This document shows positions 10,275 to 18,839 of a DNA stretch of 64,000 nt, one piece after another. Position numbers and translations under genes: made by a program. The notes under the pieces are model-generated. The model saw nothing but the letters and a program-made list of their open reading frames with translations. It made no database searches and had not been told where the DNA came from. This DNA is from Pseudomonadota bacterium (GTDB taxonomy: Bacteria > Pseudomonadota > Alphaproteobacteria > Sphingomonadales > Sphingomonadaceae). The stretch is taken from assembly GCA_040387665.1 (NCBI GenBank), contig JAZKDH010000004.1, positions 1,090 through 65,089 of the forward strand. The letters run 5' to 3'. Numbering within the stretch: the stretch's first letter is position 1; every line of letters starts with the position of its first letter.

Positions 10275-10279
10275 CGCCG

Positions 10280-10771
10280 TCAGGATTGGCGGACGGCAGA
10301 CTCGATGGCGGCAATATCAATCTTGCGCATGCCCATCATGGCTTCGAATGCGCGTTTCGCGGCGGCGCGATCCGGCGAGGTGATCGAGTCGATCAGTACG
10401 CGCGGCGTGATTTGCCAGGATATCCCCCAGCGGTCCTTGCACCAGCCGCATTCGGATTCCATCCCGCCACCGCCGGTGATCGCGGCCCAATAACGGTCGG
10501 TTTCGGCTTGCGTGTCGGTATAGACCTGAAATGAAAATGCCTCGTCAGGCTTGAAGTGAGGGCCGCCATTCAAGCCGAGGCAGGGCAGGCCGAGCACCGT
10601 GAACTCCACCGTCAACTCGTCGCCCTCCTGGCCGTCGGGATAGTCGCCGGGCGCCCGGTGCACCGCTTCGACACGGGTGTCCGGAAAGACGCTGGCGTAG
10701 AATTCGGCGGCCTGGCGCGCCCCGCCGTCGTACCCCAGGCAAATGCGGGCAAGGGGCTGGGCGGCGCTCAT
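10280..10771 (-). CDS. VOC-superfamily protein, PhnB/YjdN-like (3-demethylubiquinone methyltransferase-domain family)
   Basis: ORF trimmed to ATG 10771 (MSAAQPLARICLGYDGGARQAAEFYASVF...). Contains the characteristic CGWCKDRWGISWQI motif. Confidence 0.75.
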   Translation of the reverse strand: MSAAQPLARICLGYDGGARQAAEFYASVFPDTRVEAVHRAPGDYPDGQEGDELTVEFTVLGLPCLGLNGGPHFKPDEAFSFQVYTDTQAETDRYWAAITGGGGMESECGWCKDRWGISWQITPRVLIDSITSPDRAAAKRAFEAMMGMRKIDIAAIESAVRQS

Positions 10772-11397
10772 TTTTTCATCTCCTCGATCAAGGCGTGGTC
10801 GATCGCTTTGGCTGCCCGATATGCGCTGCGGGCCTGCAACCGCTCTGCATAGCCGACGAAAGCGACTCGCGGCGGCATCGTGCCGAAGTTGAGGCCCCAG
10901 TCGATCTGGCTGCCAAGATAGACATCCGCCATCGTGAAGCGCTCGCCACAGACCCACTCGCGCTCATCGGCGAACAGCGATTCGAGCGTGGCGATCGTGC
11001 GGGCATAGCTGCCGAATCCTGCCATGCCTTCCTGCTCGGGCGCGGGTTCGAAGCCGAGGTGCCTGGCAGTGATTGCCTGCTCCAGCGGTCCTGCCGCGAA
11101 GAACAGCCAGCGGTAATAGTCCGCCCGCTCGCTGTCGTATGGAGACAGGTCGGCGTTGGGATGCTCTTCGGCAAGATAGGCGCAGATCGCCGCGCACTCG
11201 GTGACGATACGCGGCCCGTCCAGCGCGTGGTGAACCAGCGTCGGCACTTTGCCCATGGGGTTGGCGTCCAGCAGGGTATCGGGCTTGTCCTTCCAATCGA
11301 CGATCACGGCATCGTATTCCGCGCCGGCCTCGTGCAGCGCCCAGCGCGCGATTTGCCCGCGCGACATTGGATGGGTGAAGAATGTATATTCCGCCAT
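10768..11397 (-). CDS. glutathione S-transferase
   Basis: ORF trimmed to ATG 11397 (MAEYTFFTHPMSRG...). Thioredoxin-like N-domain with GKVPTL and a helical C-domain. Its stop overlaps the downstream start. Confidence 0.85.
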   Translation of the reverse strand: MAEYTFFTHPMSRGQIARWALHEAGAEYDAVIVDWKDKPDTLLDANPMGKVPTLVHHALDGPRIVTECAAICAYLAEEHPNADLSPYDSERADYYRWLFFAAGPLEQAITARHLGFEPAPEQEGMAGFGSYARTIATLESLFADEREWVCGERFTMADVYLGSQIDWGLNFGTMPPRVAFVGYAERLQARSAYRAAKAIDHALIEEMKK

Positions 11398-11402
11398 CGC
11401 GT

Positions 11403-11621
11403 CTACTCCCCCTTGGTGCCGCCCAGTGCGAACGGCGCATCGTGCGGATTGATCGCGCTGATGATCCAATCGCCGCCCAGGGCTTCGATCTCTGCGCTAC
11501 CCGTCGTGGGCCCCGGCGCGATCGTCCTGCCGACGTCCGCTTCATACAATGCGTTTGCCCCGTCGGGATCGATGGTCATCAATTCGCACCAGACGAAACT
11601 GCCTGGGGAGATGTCCATCAT
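11403..11621 (-). CDS. short VOC/glyoxalase-like protein, possibly a truncated remnant
   Basis: The 72-aa product starts like one-domain VOC proteins (PGSFVWCELMTIDPDGANALY) but is only about half the usual length. Confidence 0.4.
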   Translation of the reverse strand: MMDISPGSFVWCELMTIDPDGANALYEADVGRTIAPGPTTGSAEIEALGGDWIISAINPHDAPFALGGTKGE

Positions 11622-11980
11622 CTGCCTTTCAGTTCAAGCACGGGCACGAACCCGCCGAAGATCATCCGCGCACCATCGAACGGCATGTCCATGGCTTCCG
11701 CCCCGCTCGACATCAGCTCTTCCATCTTGGCGTGTGCGGCATCGCGGGAAGCCTTGTCCGGCCACTCCACCCAGCTGAACGCGACCGTTTCCGCATCGGT
11801 GGCATGCGTTGCGCGGTAGAAGTCGGTCAGCTTGCCGTGCTTGAGGTCATCGCCCCAGCATTCCATAACCCGCAGCGCGCCGTGCTCGATCAGCATCGTA
11901 TCGAACTTTCGCGCGGTTTCGATGAACCTGTCCTTGTTGGCGGTCGGCACCGCGATCACGAATCCGTCAACGTAGGTCAT
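11618..11980 (-). CDS. DUF1428 family protein
   Basis: A 120-aa protein, MTYVDGFVIAVPTANKDRFIE...FDGARMIFGGF, which is the typical DUF1428 pattern. Confidence 0.8.
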   Translation of the reverse strand: MTYVDGFVIAVPTANKDRFIETARKFDTMLIEHGALRVMECWGDDLKHGKLTDFYRATHATDAETVAFSWVEWPDKASRDAAHAKMEELMSSGAEAMDMPFDGARMIFGGFVPVLELKGR

Positions 11981-12019
11981 GCCAGGCTCTCCATAGAACT
12001 CTCCCGAACCAAACCGCAG

Positions 12020-12688
12020 TCAGCCGGGTCTAGGTCCCGCCACGAGTCCGTCGCGGTGCCGATGCCGCGCGTCTCCCAGCGCAGCCACTGCCTGCCAAGC
12101 CGGCCGTGCCGCCACCCGGTCATACCATGCGGCGGTCTGCGGAAACGCGGCGGGGTCTGGGCCCCATCCGACCGCGCTGAGCGAATGCATGACCGAGGCT
12201 ACTGCGACATCGGCCAGGGTGAACATCTCGCCCAAGAGCCAGCATTCGGCAGGCACCGCCGTTTCGAGCCATGCCACGATCGGTGCTAGCTCGGCCTCGC
12301 CCTGCTGCGCCAGCGCCTCGTCCCCGCCGACCTTGAGCAGCTTCGGGCCGACAAGCCGGTTGAACAGCACCTTCATGCCCGCGCCGAAGTAGATGGTATC
12401 GGCAAATTCATCGAACCACACCGCCCGACCGCGGAGCTGCGGATCGGCCGGCAGCAGCGGCGTAGCGGGATATCGGGCCTCCAGATAGGCGACGATCGCG
12501 GTCGAATCGCACAGCAGGAAGCCGTCGTCGTCGATCGCCGGGATCTTGCCGAACGGACTGGCCGCACGGAACACCGGATCCGGGCTGCCGGGGCCCACCA
12601 GCACCAGTTCCCACGGGACCCCCTTTTCGGCCGCGACCAAGGCGACCTTGTTGACATAGGGCGATAGCAGTGCGCCGAAAACTCTCAT
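12020..12688 (-). CDS. glutathione S-transferase
   Basis: ORF trimmed to ATG 12688 ([15 protein letters not shown]...). GST N-domain with GKIPAI and a C-terminal helical domain. Confidence 0.85.
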   Translation of the reverse strand: MRVFGALLSPYVNKVALVAAEKGVPWELVLVGPGSPDPVFRAASPFGKIPAIDDDGFLLCDSTAIVAYLEARYPATPLLPADPQLRGRAVWFDEFADTIYFGAGMKVLFNRLVGPKLLKVGGDEALAQQGEAELAPIVAWLETAVPAECWLLGEMFTLADVAVASVMHSLSAVGWGPDPAAFPQTAAWYDRVAARPAWQAVAALGDARHRHRDGLVAGPRPG

Positions 12689-12765
12689 CGAATTCCTTCC
12701 GGTTGCCCGCACGGACATGCAATCATTATTGCAGCCGCGCGCCGGCGCGTATAGGCGGAGACGCG

Positions 12766-13758
12766 ATGAACGAAATTTCCCCCAGCCTGCCCGACAGCCG
12801 CGACAATACGGTGCTTTCCGCGCCCGACATCGAGATCGACGTGCGCGACGTGTTCGGGATCGACGTGGACCTCAAGGTGCCTGCGTTCTCGGTCGCGGAC
12901 GAACGCGTACCCGACCGCGACAACAGCTATGTGTTCGATGCCGACACCACCCTGGCGATCCTAGCAGGGTTCGCCTTCAACCGGCGCGTGATGGTGCAGG
13001 GCTACCACGGCACTGGCAAATCGACCCACATCGAACAGGTCGCGGCGCGGCTCAACTGGCCGTGCATCCGCATCAACCTTGATGCGCATATCAGCCGGAT
13101 CGACCTGATCGGCCGCGATGCGATCGTGCTGCGCGACGGGCTGCAGGTGACAGAGTTTCGCGAAGGCCTGCTCCCGTGGGCGCTGCAGCGCCCGGTTGCG
13201 CTGGTGTTCGACGAATACGATGCCGGCCGCCCGGACGTGATGTTCGTGATCCAGCGGGTGCTGGAAACCGAAGGCAAGCTGACCCTGCTCGACCAGAACC
13301 GCGTGATTCGCCCGAACCCGTGGTTCCGCCTGTTCGCCACCGCCAACACCGTCGGGCTGGGCGATACGTCCGGCCTGTACCACGGCACGCAGGCGATCAA
13401 CCAGGGCCAGATGGACCGCTGGAATGTCGTCGTAGGACTAAACTACCTGCCGCACGCGGTGGAAACGCAGATCGTCGGCAACAAGGTGCCCGGGATCGAG
13501 CACAAGACCGTGGCGGACATGGTGCGAGTGGCCGACCTCACCCGGCAGGGCTTTATCAACGGCGATATCTCGACAGTGATGAGCCCGCGCACGGTGATCA
13601 CCTGGGCGCAGAATACCCAGATCTTCAAGGACCCCGGCTTCGCGTTCCGGCTCTCGTTCCTCAACAAGTGTGACGAGACCGAGCGCATGCTGGTGGCCGA
13701 ATACTACCAGCGCGTGTTCGGGACTGACCTGCCGGAAAGCGTTGTGGGCAAGGCGTAG
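12766..13758 (+). CDS. cobS: CobS-type (MoxR-like) AAA+ ATPase, cobaltochelatase subunit S family
   Basis: ORF trimmed to ATG 12766 ([10 protein letters not shown]...), giving 330 aa. Walker [10 protein letters not shown], Walker B LVFDEYD and a CobS-specific N-terminus ([13 protein letters not shown]) are present. Confidence 0.87.
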   Translation: MNEISPSLPDSRDNTVLSAPDIEIDVRDVFGIDVDLKVPAFSVADERVPDRDNSYVFDADTTLAILAGFAFNRRVMVQGYHGTGKSTHIEQVAARLNWPCIRINLDAHISRIDLIGRDAIVLRDGLQVTEFREGLLPWALQRPVALVFDEYDAGRPDVMFVIQRVLETEGKLTLLDQNRVIRPNPWFRLFATANTVGLGDTSGLYHGTQAINQGQMDRWNVVVGLNYLPHAVETQIVGNKVPGIEHKTVADMVRVADLTRQGFINGDISTVMSPRTVITWAQNTQIFKDPGFAFRLSFLNKCDETERMLVAEYYQRVFGTDLPESVVGKA

Positions 13759-13876
13759 GCGACCAGCCGCCAATTGCGCTGGTCGGATCAAGCGGTCGTT
13801 TTGCCCCTAAGGCCACGTTTCACGAAGTAGTGGCGTCCGCTATCTCTTTGCATAGAGCTTAGCGAGGAGCTGCACG

Positions 13877-14173
13877 ATGAGAAGAATAATGGTTTCCGCG
13901 TGGGACTTCTTCTTCAATCACGAAGTTAACCCGCTTCGGCATATCGCGGACTTCAACACGCGGCACATGGTTTTGCAATTGCTTGGCTGGATGTGGGCGA
14001 TTGCGTTTGCGCTGGCCATCGGTAGTTATACGTTGCTGGCCTTCAGCCTACTTGGCCACGCGATCCTGATCGGCGCGATCGCGGTTACGGCGGCTACCTA
14101 TACCGCGGCGGCAAACAAGCCGGAAATATTCGTGCGAGTGGCCGCCCGCCACCCGGAAAATCACCGGAGCTGA
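13877..14173 (+). CDS. hypothetical small membrane protein (two predicted TM helices)
   Basis: ATG preceded by the SD GAGGAG at a 7-nt spacing. Two hydrophobic stretches (LLGWMWAIAFALAIGSYTLLAF and LLGHAILIGAIAVTAATY). Sits in a visibly lower-GC patch. Confidence 0.6.
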   Translation: MRRIMVSAWDFFFNHEVNPLRHIADFNTRHMVLQLLGWMWAIAFALAIGSYTLLAFSLLGHAILIGAIAVTAATYTAAANKPEIFVRVAARHPENHRS

Positions 14174-14209
14174 GGCGTCGACAGTTTTTTACAGATGTTT
14201 TTGCCTTTT

Positions 14210-14235
14210 CAGCACCCGCCGCCTGGTGGGTGCTG
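14210..14235. terminator. hairpin between the small membrane gene and truA (convergent)
   Basis: An 11-bp stem CAGCACCCGCC/GGTGGGTGCTG (one G-U pair) with loop GCCT. Only a weak U-tract (CGTTT) follows on the plus strand. Confidence 0.45.
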
Positions 14236-14285
14236 CGTTTACGGGAGCCCAAAGTCGGGTTGATGCGGCAGCAGGGTACTCCCTT

Positions 14286-15035
14286 TTAATCCGCATAAGA
14301 GGCTTCCACGAAATACAGCCCCTCCGGCGGCGCGTTGTGGCCCAGCGCCTGGCGGTCGCGCGCGGCGAGCGCCTCGGCCATGCGTTCCACCGGCCAGTTG
14401 CCCAGTCCCACCAGCGCCAGGCACCCCACCATCGAGCGCACCTGGTGGTGCAGGAAGCTGCGCGCCTCGGCCTCAATCAGGACTTCGCCGCCCTCCCGCC
14501 GCACCGCCAGCCGGTCGAGCGTCTTGAGCGGGCTGGCGGACTGGCACTGCGTTGACCGGAACGTGGTGAAATCGTGCTTGCCGGTCAGGCTCTGCGCCGC
14601 CGCGTGCATCGCTTCGGCGTCGAGCGGCCCTTTCACCAGCCACGCCCGCCCGGCATCCAGCGTAAGCGGTGCCCGCCGGTTGACGATGCGATAGAGGTAG
14701 CGCCGCCCGGTGCAGGAAAACCGCGCGTGCCAGCTGTCCGGCTGCTCCACGCAATCGAGCACCGCAATCGGCGCGTCGGCCGCCCGCAGCCGCGCGTTGA
14801 GCGCCTCCATTAACCGGAACGGGGCGAGGTCTTTCGCCACATCGACATGCGCGCGCATGGCCAGCGCATGGACCCCGGCATCCGTCCGCCCGGCCGCGTG
14901 CAGCGTCACCGTCTCGGCAGTGATGTCATGGACCGCCTGTTCGACAGCCTGCTGGACCGAGGGCGCATCCGCCTGCCGCTGCAACCCGGCAAAGGCGCTG
15001 CCATCGTATTCGAGGGTGAGGGCAAAGCGGGTCAA
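14286..15035 (-). CDS. truA: tRNA pseudouridine(38-40) synthase TruA
   Basis: The homologous part starts at [21 protein letters not shown], and the catalytic RTDAGVHA motif is present. The start is inferred as TTG 15035, overlapping the fmt stop (TTGA); the upstream part of ORF 14286..15599 only shadows fmt. Confidence 0.85.
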   Translation of the reverse strand: MTRFALTLEYDGSAFAGLQRQADAPSVQQAVEQAVHDITAETVTLHAAGRTDAGVHALAMRAHVDVAKDLAPFRLMEALNARLRAADAPIAVLDCVEQPDSWHARFSCTGRRYLYRIVNRRAPLTLDAGRAWLVKGPLDAEAMHAAAQSLTGKHDFTTFRSTQCQSASPLKTLDRLAVRREGGEVLIEAEARSFLHHQVRSMVGCLALVGLGNWPVERMAEALAARDRQALGHNAPPEGLYFVEASYAD

Positions 15036-15940
15036 TTCAGCTTTGTCCCCGCCGGAACGGCTTTGCCGCGCAGGAACGAAGGCGCATCCATCGCCGGTCG
15101 TCCGGCGCGCTGAACCTGCGTGATGCGCAGCGCGCCCGTTCCGCAGGCGATCGTCAGCCTGTCGTCCAGTGTCACCCCCGGCTCGCCTACTCCGTCCACC
15201 GCCTGCGCTTCCAGCACCCGGTAACGCTCCCCATCGAGTTCGAAGAACGCCCCCGGCGCTGGAGCGAACGCGCGGACCTGTCGCTCGACGTGCGCTGCGT
15301 CGGCCGAAAATTCCAGCCGTGCCTCCGCCTTGTCGAGCTTGTGGGCGTAGGTCACCCCGGCCTCGGTCTGAGGCACTTCGGGATAGGCCGAAAGATCGGC
15401 GAGCACGCGGACCATCAGTTCCGCGCCCAGCCTGGCCAGTTCGTCGGTCAGGTCGCCGGCAGTCTTGCGGTCCACCGCCGTGCGGCCTTCGAGCAGCACG
15501 GGTCCGGTATCGAGCCCGCGCCCCATCCGCATCACGCCAACCCCCGTTTCGGCATCGCCGGCCAGGATCGCGCGCTGGACCGGAGCCGCCCCGCGCCAAC
15601 GCGGCAGCAGCGAGCCGTGGACATTGAGGCAGCCATGGCGCGGCGCATCGAGCACGGCGGGCGGCAGGATCAGGCCATAGGCGGCGACGACCGCAATATC
15701 GGCATTCAGCGCCGCGAACGCCGCCTGTGCCTCCGGCGTTTTCAGGCTTACCGGATGGCGCACCATGATCCCGCGGCGCTCGGCCTCGCGCTGGACCGGG
15801 GAGGGGGTCAGTTCGCGCCCGCGCCGTCCGCCTGGACGCGGAGGCTGCGTATAGGTGCAGACGATCTCGTGCCCCGCCTCGGCCAGCGCGACAAGCGTCG
15901 GCACCGCGAAATCGGGAGTGCCCATGAAGGTGATGCGCAT
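15032..15940 (-). CDS. fmt: methionyl-tRNA formyltransferase
   Basis: ORF trimmed to ATG 15940 ([14 protein letters not shown]...), giving 302 aa. Motif [13 protein letters not shown] is present. Confidence 0.92.
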   Translation of the reverse strand: MRITFMGTPDFAVPTLVALAEAGHEIVCTYTQPPRPGGRRGRELTPSPVQREAERRGIMVRHPVSLKTPEAQAAFAALNADIAVVAAYGLILPPAVLDAPRHGCLNVHGSLLPRWRGAAPVQRAILAGDAETGVGVMRMGRGLDTGPVLLEGRTAVDRKTAGDLTDELARLGAELMVRVLADLSAYPEVPQTEAGVTYAHKLDKAEARLEFSADAAHVERQVRAFAPAPGAFFELDGERYRVLEAQAVDGVGEPGVTLDDRLTIACGTGALRITQVQRAGRPAMDAPSFLRGKAVPAGTKLN

Positions 15941-15988
15941 GGCTCTAAATGCTTTCCGTTCGGCGGCGTGCTCACTATCTGTCGCACG

Positions 15989-16585
15989 ATGGCATCGCAA
16001 GAGATCGAGACACTCGCCGGGGTACTGGCCCGTTTGCCCGGCTTCGGCCCGCGCTCTGCCCGGCGGGCGGTGCTGTGGCTGATCAAGCGCCGCGAATCCG
16101 CGTTGCCCCAGCTGCTCGAGGCGTTGGCCGGGGTGCAGGACGCGCTGGTGGAGTGCCAGGCGTGCGGCAATGTCGATACGACCAACCCTTGCGCAATCTG
16201 CGTTGATCCGCGGCGCGATGCCCGTGCGCTGTGCGTAGTGGAGGACGTGGCCGACTTGTGGGCGCTCGACCGGGCGCGCCTGTTCGCCGGGCGCTATCAC
16301 GTGCTGGGCGGGCGGCTTTCGGCGCTGGAAGGGGTGCGCCCTGAAGACCTTACGATCGGCCGGCTGATCGAGCGGGCGACCGCGGGCGGGATCGACGAGG
16401 TCGTCCTGGCGATGAACGCCACGCTGGAGGGCCAGACCACTGCGCACTATATCGCGGAGCGGTTGGAGCACCTGCCCGTGCGGATCACCCAGCTGGCTCA
16501 TGGGCTGCCGGTGGGGGGCGAGCTCGATTACCTCGACGAAGGCACGCTGGCGCAGGCGCTGCGCGCGCGCCGCCCGGTGGGCTGA
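15989..16585 (+). CDS. recR: recombination protein RecR
   Basis: ORF 15290..16585 trimmed to ATG 15989 ([24 protein letters not shown]...). C4 zinc finger [16 protein letters not shown] and a Toprim domain are present. Confidence 0.93.
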   Translation: MASQEIETLAGVLARLPGFGPRSARRAVLWLIKRRESALPQLLEALAGVQDALVECQACGNVDTTNPCAICVDPRRDARALCVVEDVADLWALDRARLFAGRYHVLGGRLSALEGVRPEDLTIGRLIERATAGGIDEVVLAMNATLEGQTTAHYIAERLEHLPVRITQLAHGLPVGGELDYLDEGTLAQALRARRPVG

Positions 16586-16656
16586 GCTGCGCTAACCCGT
16601 CCCCGGTCGTGGCCTGCCACCTTGCGATCCGCTCGCACCGCGATTATCTGCACCCG

Positions 16657-17223
16657 ATGGCTAATCGCGAAATCCTTGAAGTCCCCAATCCGAAGCTCAA
16701 GCAGGTGTCGTCGCGCGTCGAAACCTTCGACGACGATCTGCGCACGCTGGTCGCCGACATGTTCGAGACGATGTACGACGCCCCGGGCATCGGACTTGCC
16801 GCAGTTCAGGTTGGCGTGCCGCTGCGCGTGCTGGTGATCGACCTGCAGGAACGCGATCTCGACGCGCCGGCGGAGGACTGCGGCGATCACGGCTGCGGGC
16901 ACGATCATCGCCCGGCCAAGCGTACGCCGCGTGTGTTCATCAATCCGGAAATCCTCGATCCATCAGCAGAACATACGATCTATCAGGAAGGCTGCCTATC
17001 GGTGCCAGAGATCTTTGCCGACGTCGAACGGTCGGCATCGATCCGCGCGCGGTGGCAGGATCTGGACGGCGAAGTGCATGAAGAGACCATGGACGGGCTG
17101 ATGGCTATCTGCCTTCAGCACGAAATGGATCATCTGGAAGGCATACTGTTCATCGATCATCTCTCGCGTCTGAAGCGCAACATGGCGCTCAAGAAGCTGG
17201 AAAAGCTGCGTAAGGCGGCTTGA
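16657..17223 (+). CDS. def: peptide deformylase
   Basis: ORF trimmed to ATG 16657 (MANREILEVPNP...). Carries the three PDF motifs GIGLAAVQVG, EGCLS and HEMDH, plus an extra Cys/His-rich insert (see findings). Confidence 0.92.
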   Translation: MANREILEVPNPKLKQVSSRVETFDDDLRTLVADMFETMYDAPGIGLAAVQVGVPLRVLVIDLQERDLDAPAEDCGDHGCGHDHRPAKRTPRVFINPEILDPSAEHTIYQEGCLSVPEIFADVERSASIRARWQDLDGEVHEETMDGLMAICLQHEMDHLEGILFIDHLSRLKRNMALKKLEKLRKAA

Positions 17224-17331
17224 GGGCACACACCGACGCGCCGGTGTGATGTGGGCGCGATTGCAGGTAGCCTGGCTTTACTTGCCACACGCGGATTTGC
17301 TGTCTAGGTTCATGCTTCGTTCTAGAGGGGT

Positions 17332-18762
17332 GTGTGCGTGAACCAGCAGGTGTTGAGCTTCGTCGCGCTCCTTCTTGGGCTGGTGGTTGGCACGGGGCTG
17401 GGGTGGTTTCTGGGCAACCGACCCGCGCGCGACTGGCGCAAGCGGTTCGAGCAGCGCGATCTGGAAGCGCGCGATCTGGACGAAAGGTTTCGCCGCTCGA
17501 TCGTTGATCTTGCCGGCATGTCCGAGCGGGCAGCGCGGGCGGACGAGCTTCGCGCCAGCCTGGAGGAAGCGCGGCACGAACAGATGCGCCTCACCAGCGA
17601 TCTGGCGGCGCTCAAGGCCGACGCGCTGAATTTTGCCGAACAGAAAAAGCTGATGCTCGATGCGCAGGAGATGTTGCGCAAGGAATTTGAGAATTCGGGC
17701 AGCAAGGTGCTTGAAAAGGCGCAGGAAACATTTTTACAGCGGGCTCAAGAGCGGTTTGCCGAAAGCGAGAAGACCAGCGCCGAACGGATCGCTACGCTGC
17801 TCGCGCCGGTCGGCCAGCGGCTCAAGAGCTACGAGGAGCAGGTGGCCGGGCTCGAGGCGAAGCGGGTCGATGCGTTCGGCCAACTGTTTGGGCAGATCGA
17901 GGCGCTGCGGCTGGGGCAGGAAGACGTGCGGCGCGAGGCGCAGCGGCTCGGCAACTCGCTGACGAACGCGCCCAAGGCCCGCGGCCGCTGGGGCGAGCGC
18001 GCGTTGCAGAACGTGCTGGAGCAATGCGGGCTGAGCGAGCACACCGACTTCGTAACAGAGCATTCGGTCAACACCGACGACGGCCGCCTGCGCCCCGATG
18101 CGATCATCCGTATCCCGGGCCAGAAATGCCTGATCATCGACGCCAAGGTGTCGCTCAACGCGTACCAGCAAGCTTTCGAGGCCGACGACGAAGCGGTCCG
18201 CAAGACCGCGCTCGACCTGCACGCGCGGTCGATGCGAAACCACGTCCAGACGCTCGGCGCGAAATCGTACCAGAGCCAGTTCGCCGAGGCGCCGGACTAT
18301 GTCGTGATGTTCGTGCCGGGCGAGCACTTTGTCGCCGCCGCGCTCGAACACGATCCAGAGCTGTGGGATTTTGCATTCCGTAATAAAGTCTTGCTGGCCA
18401 CTCCTACCAACTTGGTGGCGATTGCTCGGACCGTAGCCGAAGTGTGGCGGCAGGACACGATCGCGCGCGAGGCGGTGGAAATCGGCAAGGCCGGCGCCGA
18501 GCTTTACGAGCGGTTGCGCGTGGCGGCGGATCATCTCAAACGGGTGGGATCGGGGCTGGATACGGCGGTCACCAACTACAACAAGTTCGTCGGCAGCTTT
18601 GAGCGTAACGTGCTGTCTTCGGGCAAGCGCCTGCGCGACAAGGGCATCGCCATCGGCAGTCGCGAGATCGACGACGTGCCGCTGGTCGAAAGCCTGCCGC
18701 GCTATGGACAGGCCGCTGATGATAACGAACCGGCGCAGTTCCCCCCCGTCGCCGCTGAGTGA
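17332..18762 (+). CDS. rmuC: DNA recombination protein RmuC
   Basis: N-terminal TM helix, a long coiled coil, and an RmuC nuclease-like C-terminal domain (RPDAIIRIPGQKCLIIDAK...). The start is GTG 17332 or GTG 17338. Confidence 0.87.
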   Translation: MCVNQQVLSFVALLLGLVVGTGLGWFLGNRPARDWRKRFEQRDLEARDLDERFRRSIVDLAGMSERAARADELRASLEEARHEQMRLTSDLAALKADALNFAEQKKLMLDAQEMLRKEFENSGSKVLEKAQETFLQRAQERFAESEKTSAERIATLLAPVGQRLKSYEEQVAGLEAKRVDAFGQLFGQIEALRLGQEDVRREAQRLGNSLTNAPKARGRWGERALQNVLEQCGLSEHTDFVTEHSVNTDDGRLRPDAIIRIPGQKCLIIDAKVSLNAYQQAFEADDEAVRKTALDLHARSMRNHVQTLGAKSYQSQFAEAPDYVVMFVPGEHFVAAALEHDPELWDFAFRNKVLLATPTNLVAIARTVAEVWRQDTIAREAVEIGKAGAELYERLRVAADHLKRVGSGLDTAVTNYNKFVGSFERNVLSSGKRLRDKGIAIGSREIDDVPLVESLPRYGQAADDNEPAQFPPVAAE

Positions 18763-18830
18763 GCCGCCGCAGAGTGAGCCGGCCGCAGAGTGAGCCGCCG
18801 CGGAGTGAGTCGCCGGGGACTGAGCGCATC
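18757..18830. repeat. tandem 15-16 bp repeat, four good copies plus one degenerate copy
   Basis: GAGTGAGCCGCCGCA (18757), GAGTGAGCCGGCCGCA (18772), GAGTGAGCCGCCGCG (18788), GAGTGAGTCGCCGGG (18803), then GACTGAGCGCATC. The first copy contains the rmuC stop codon. Confidence 0.85.
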
Positions 18831-18839
18831 GGGGGTGGC

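Noticed and set aside
12766-13758. cobS as a marker of a cobalamin biosynthesis cluster.
   Set aside because: No other cob/cbi gene lies within the window, so no pathway call is justified from this gene alone.
18757-18830. Possible CRISPR array or REP element at the rmuC 3' end.
   Set aside because: The units are directly abutting with no spacers, are only 15-16 bp long, and no cas genes are in the window. It is a simple tandem repeat.
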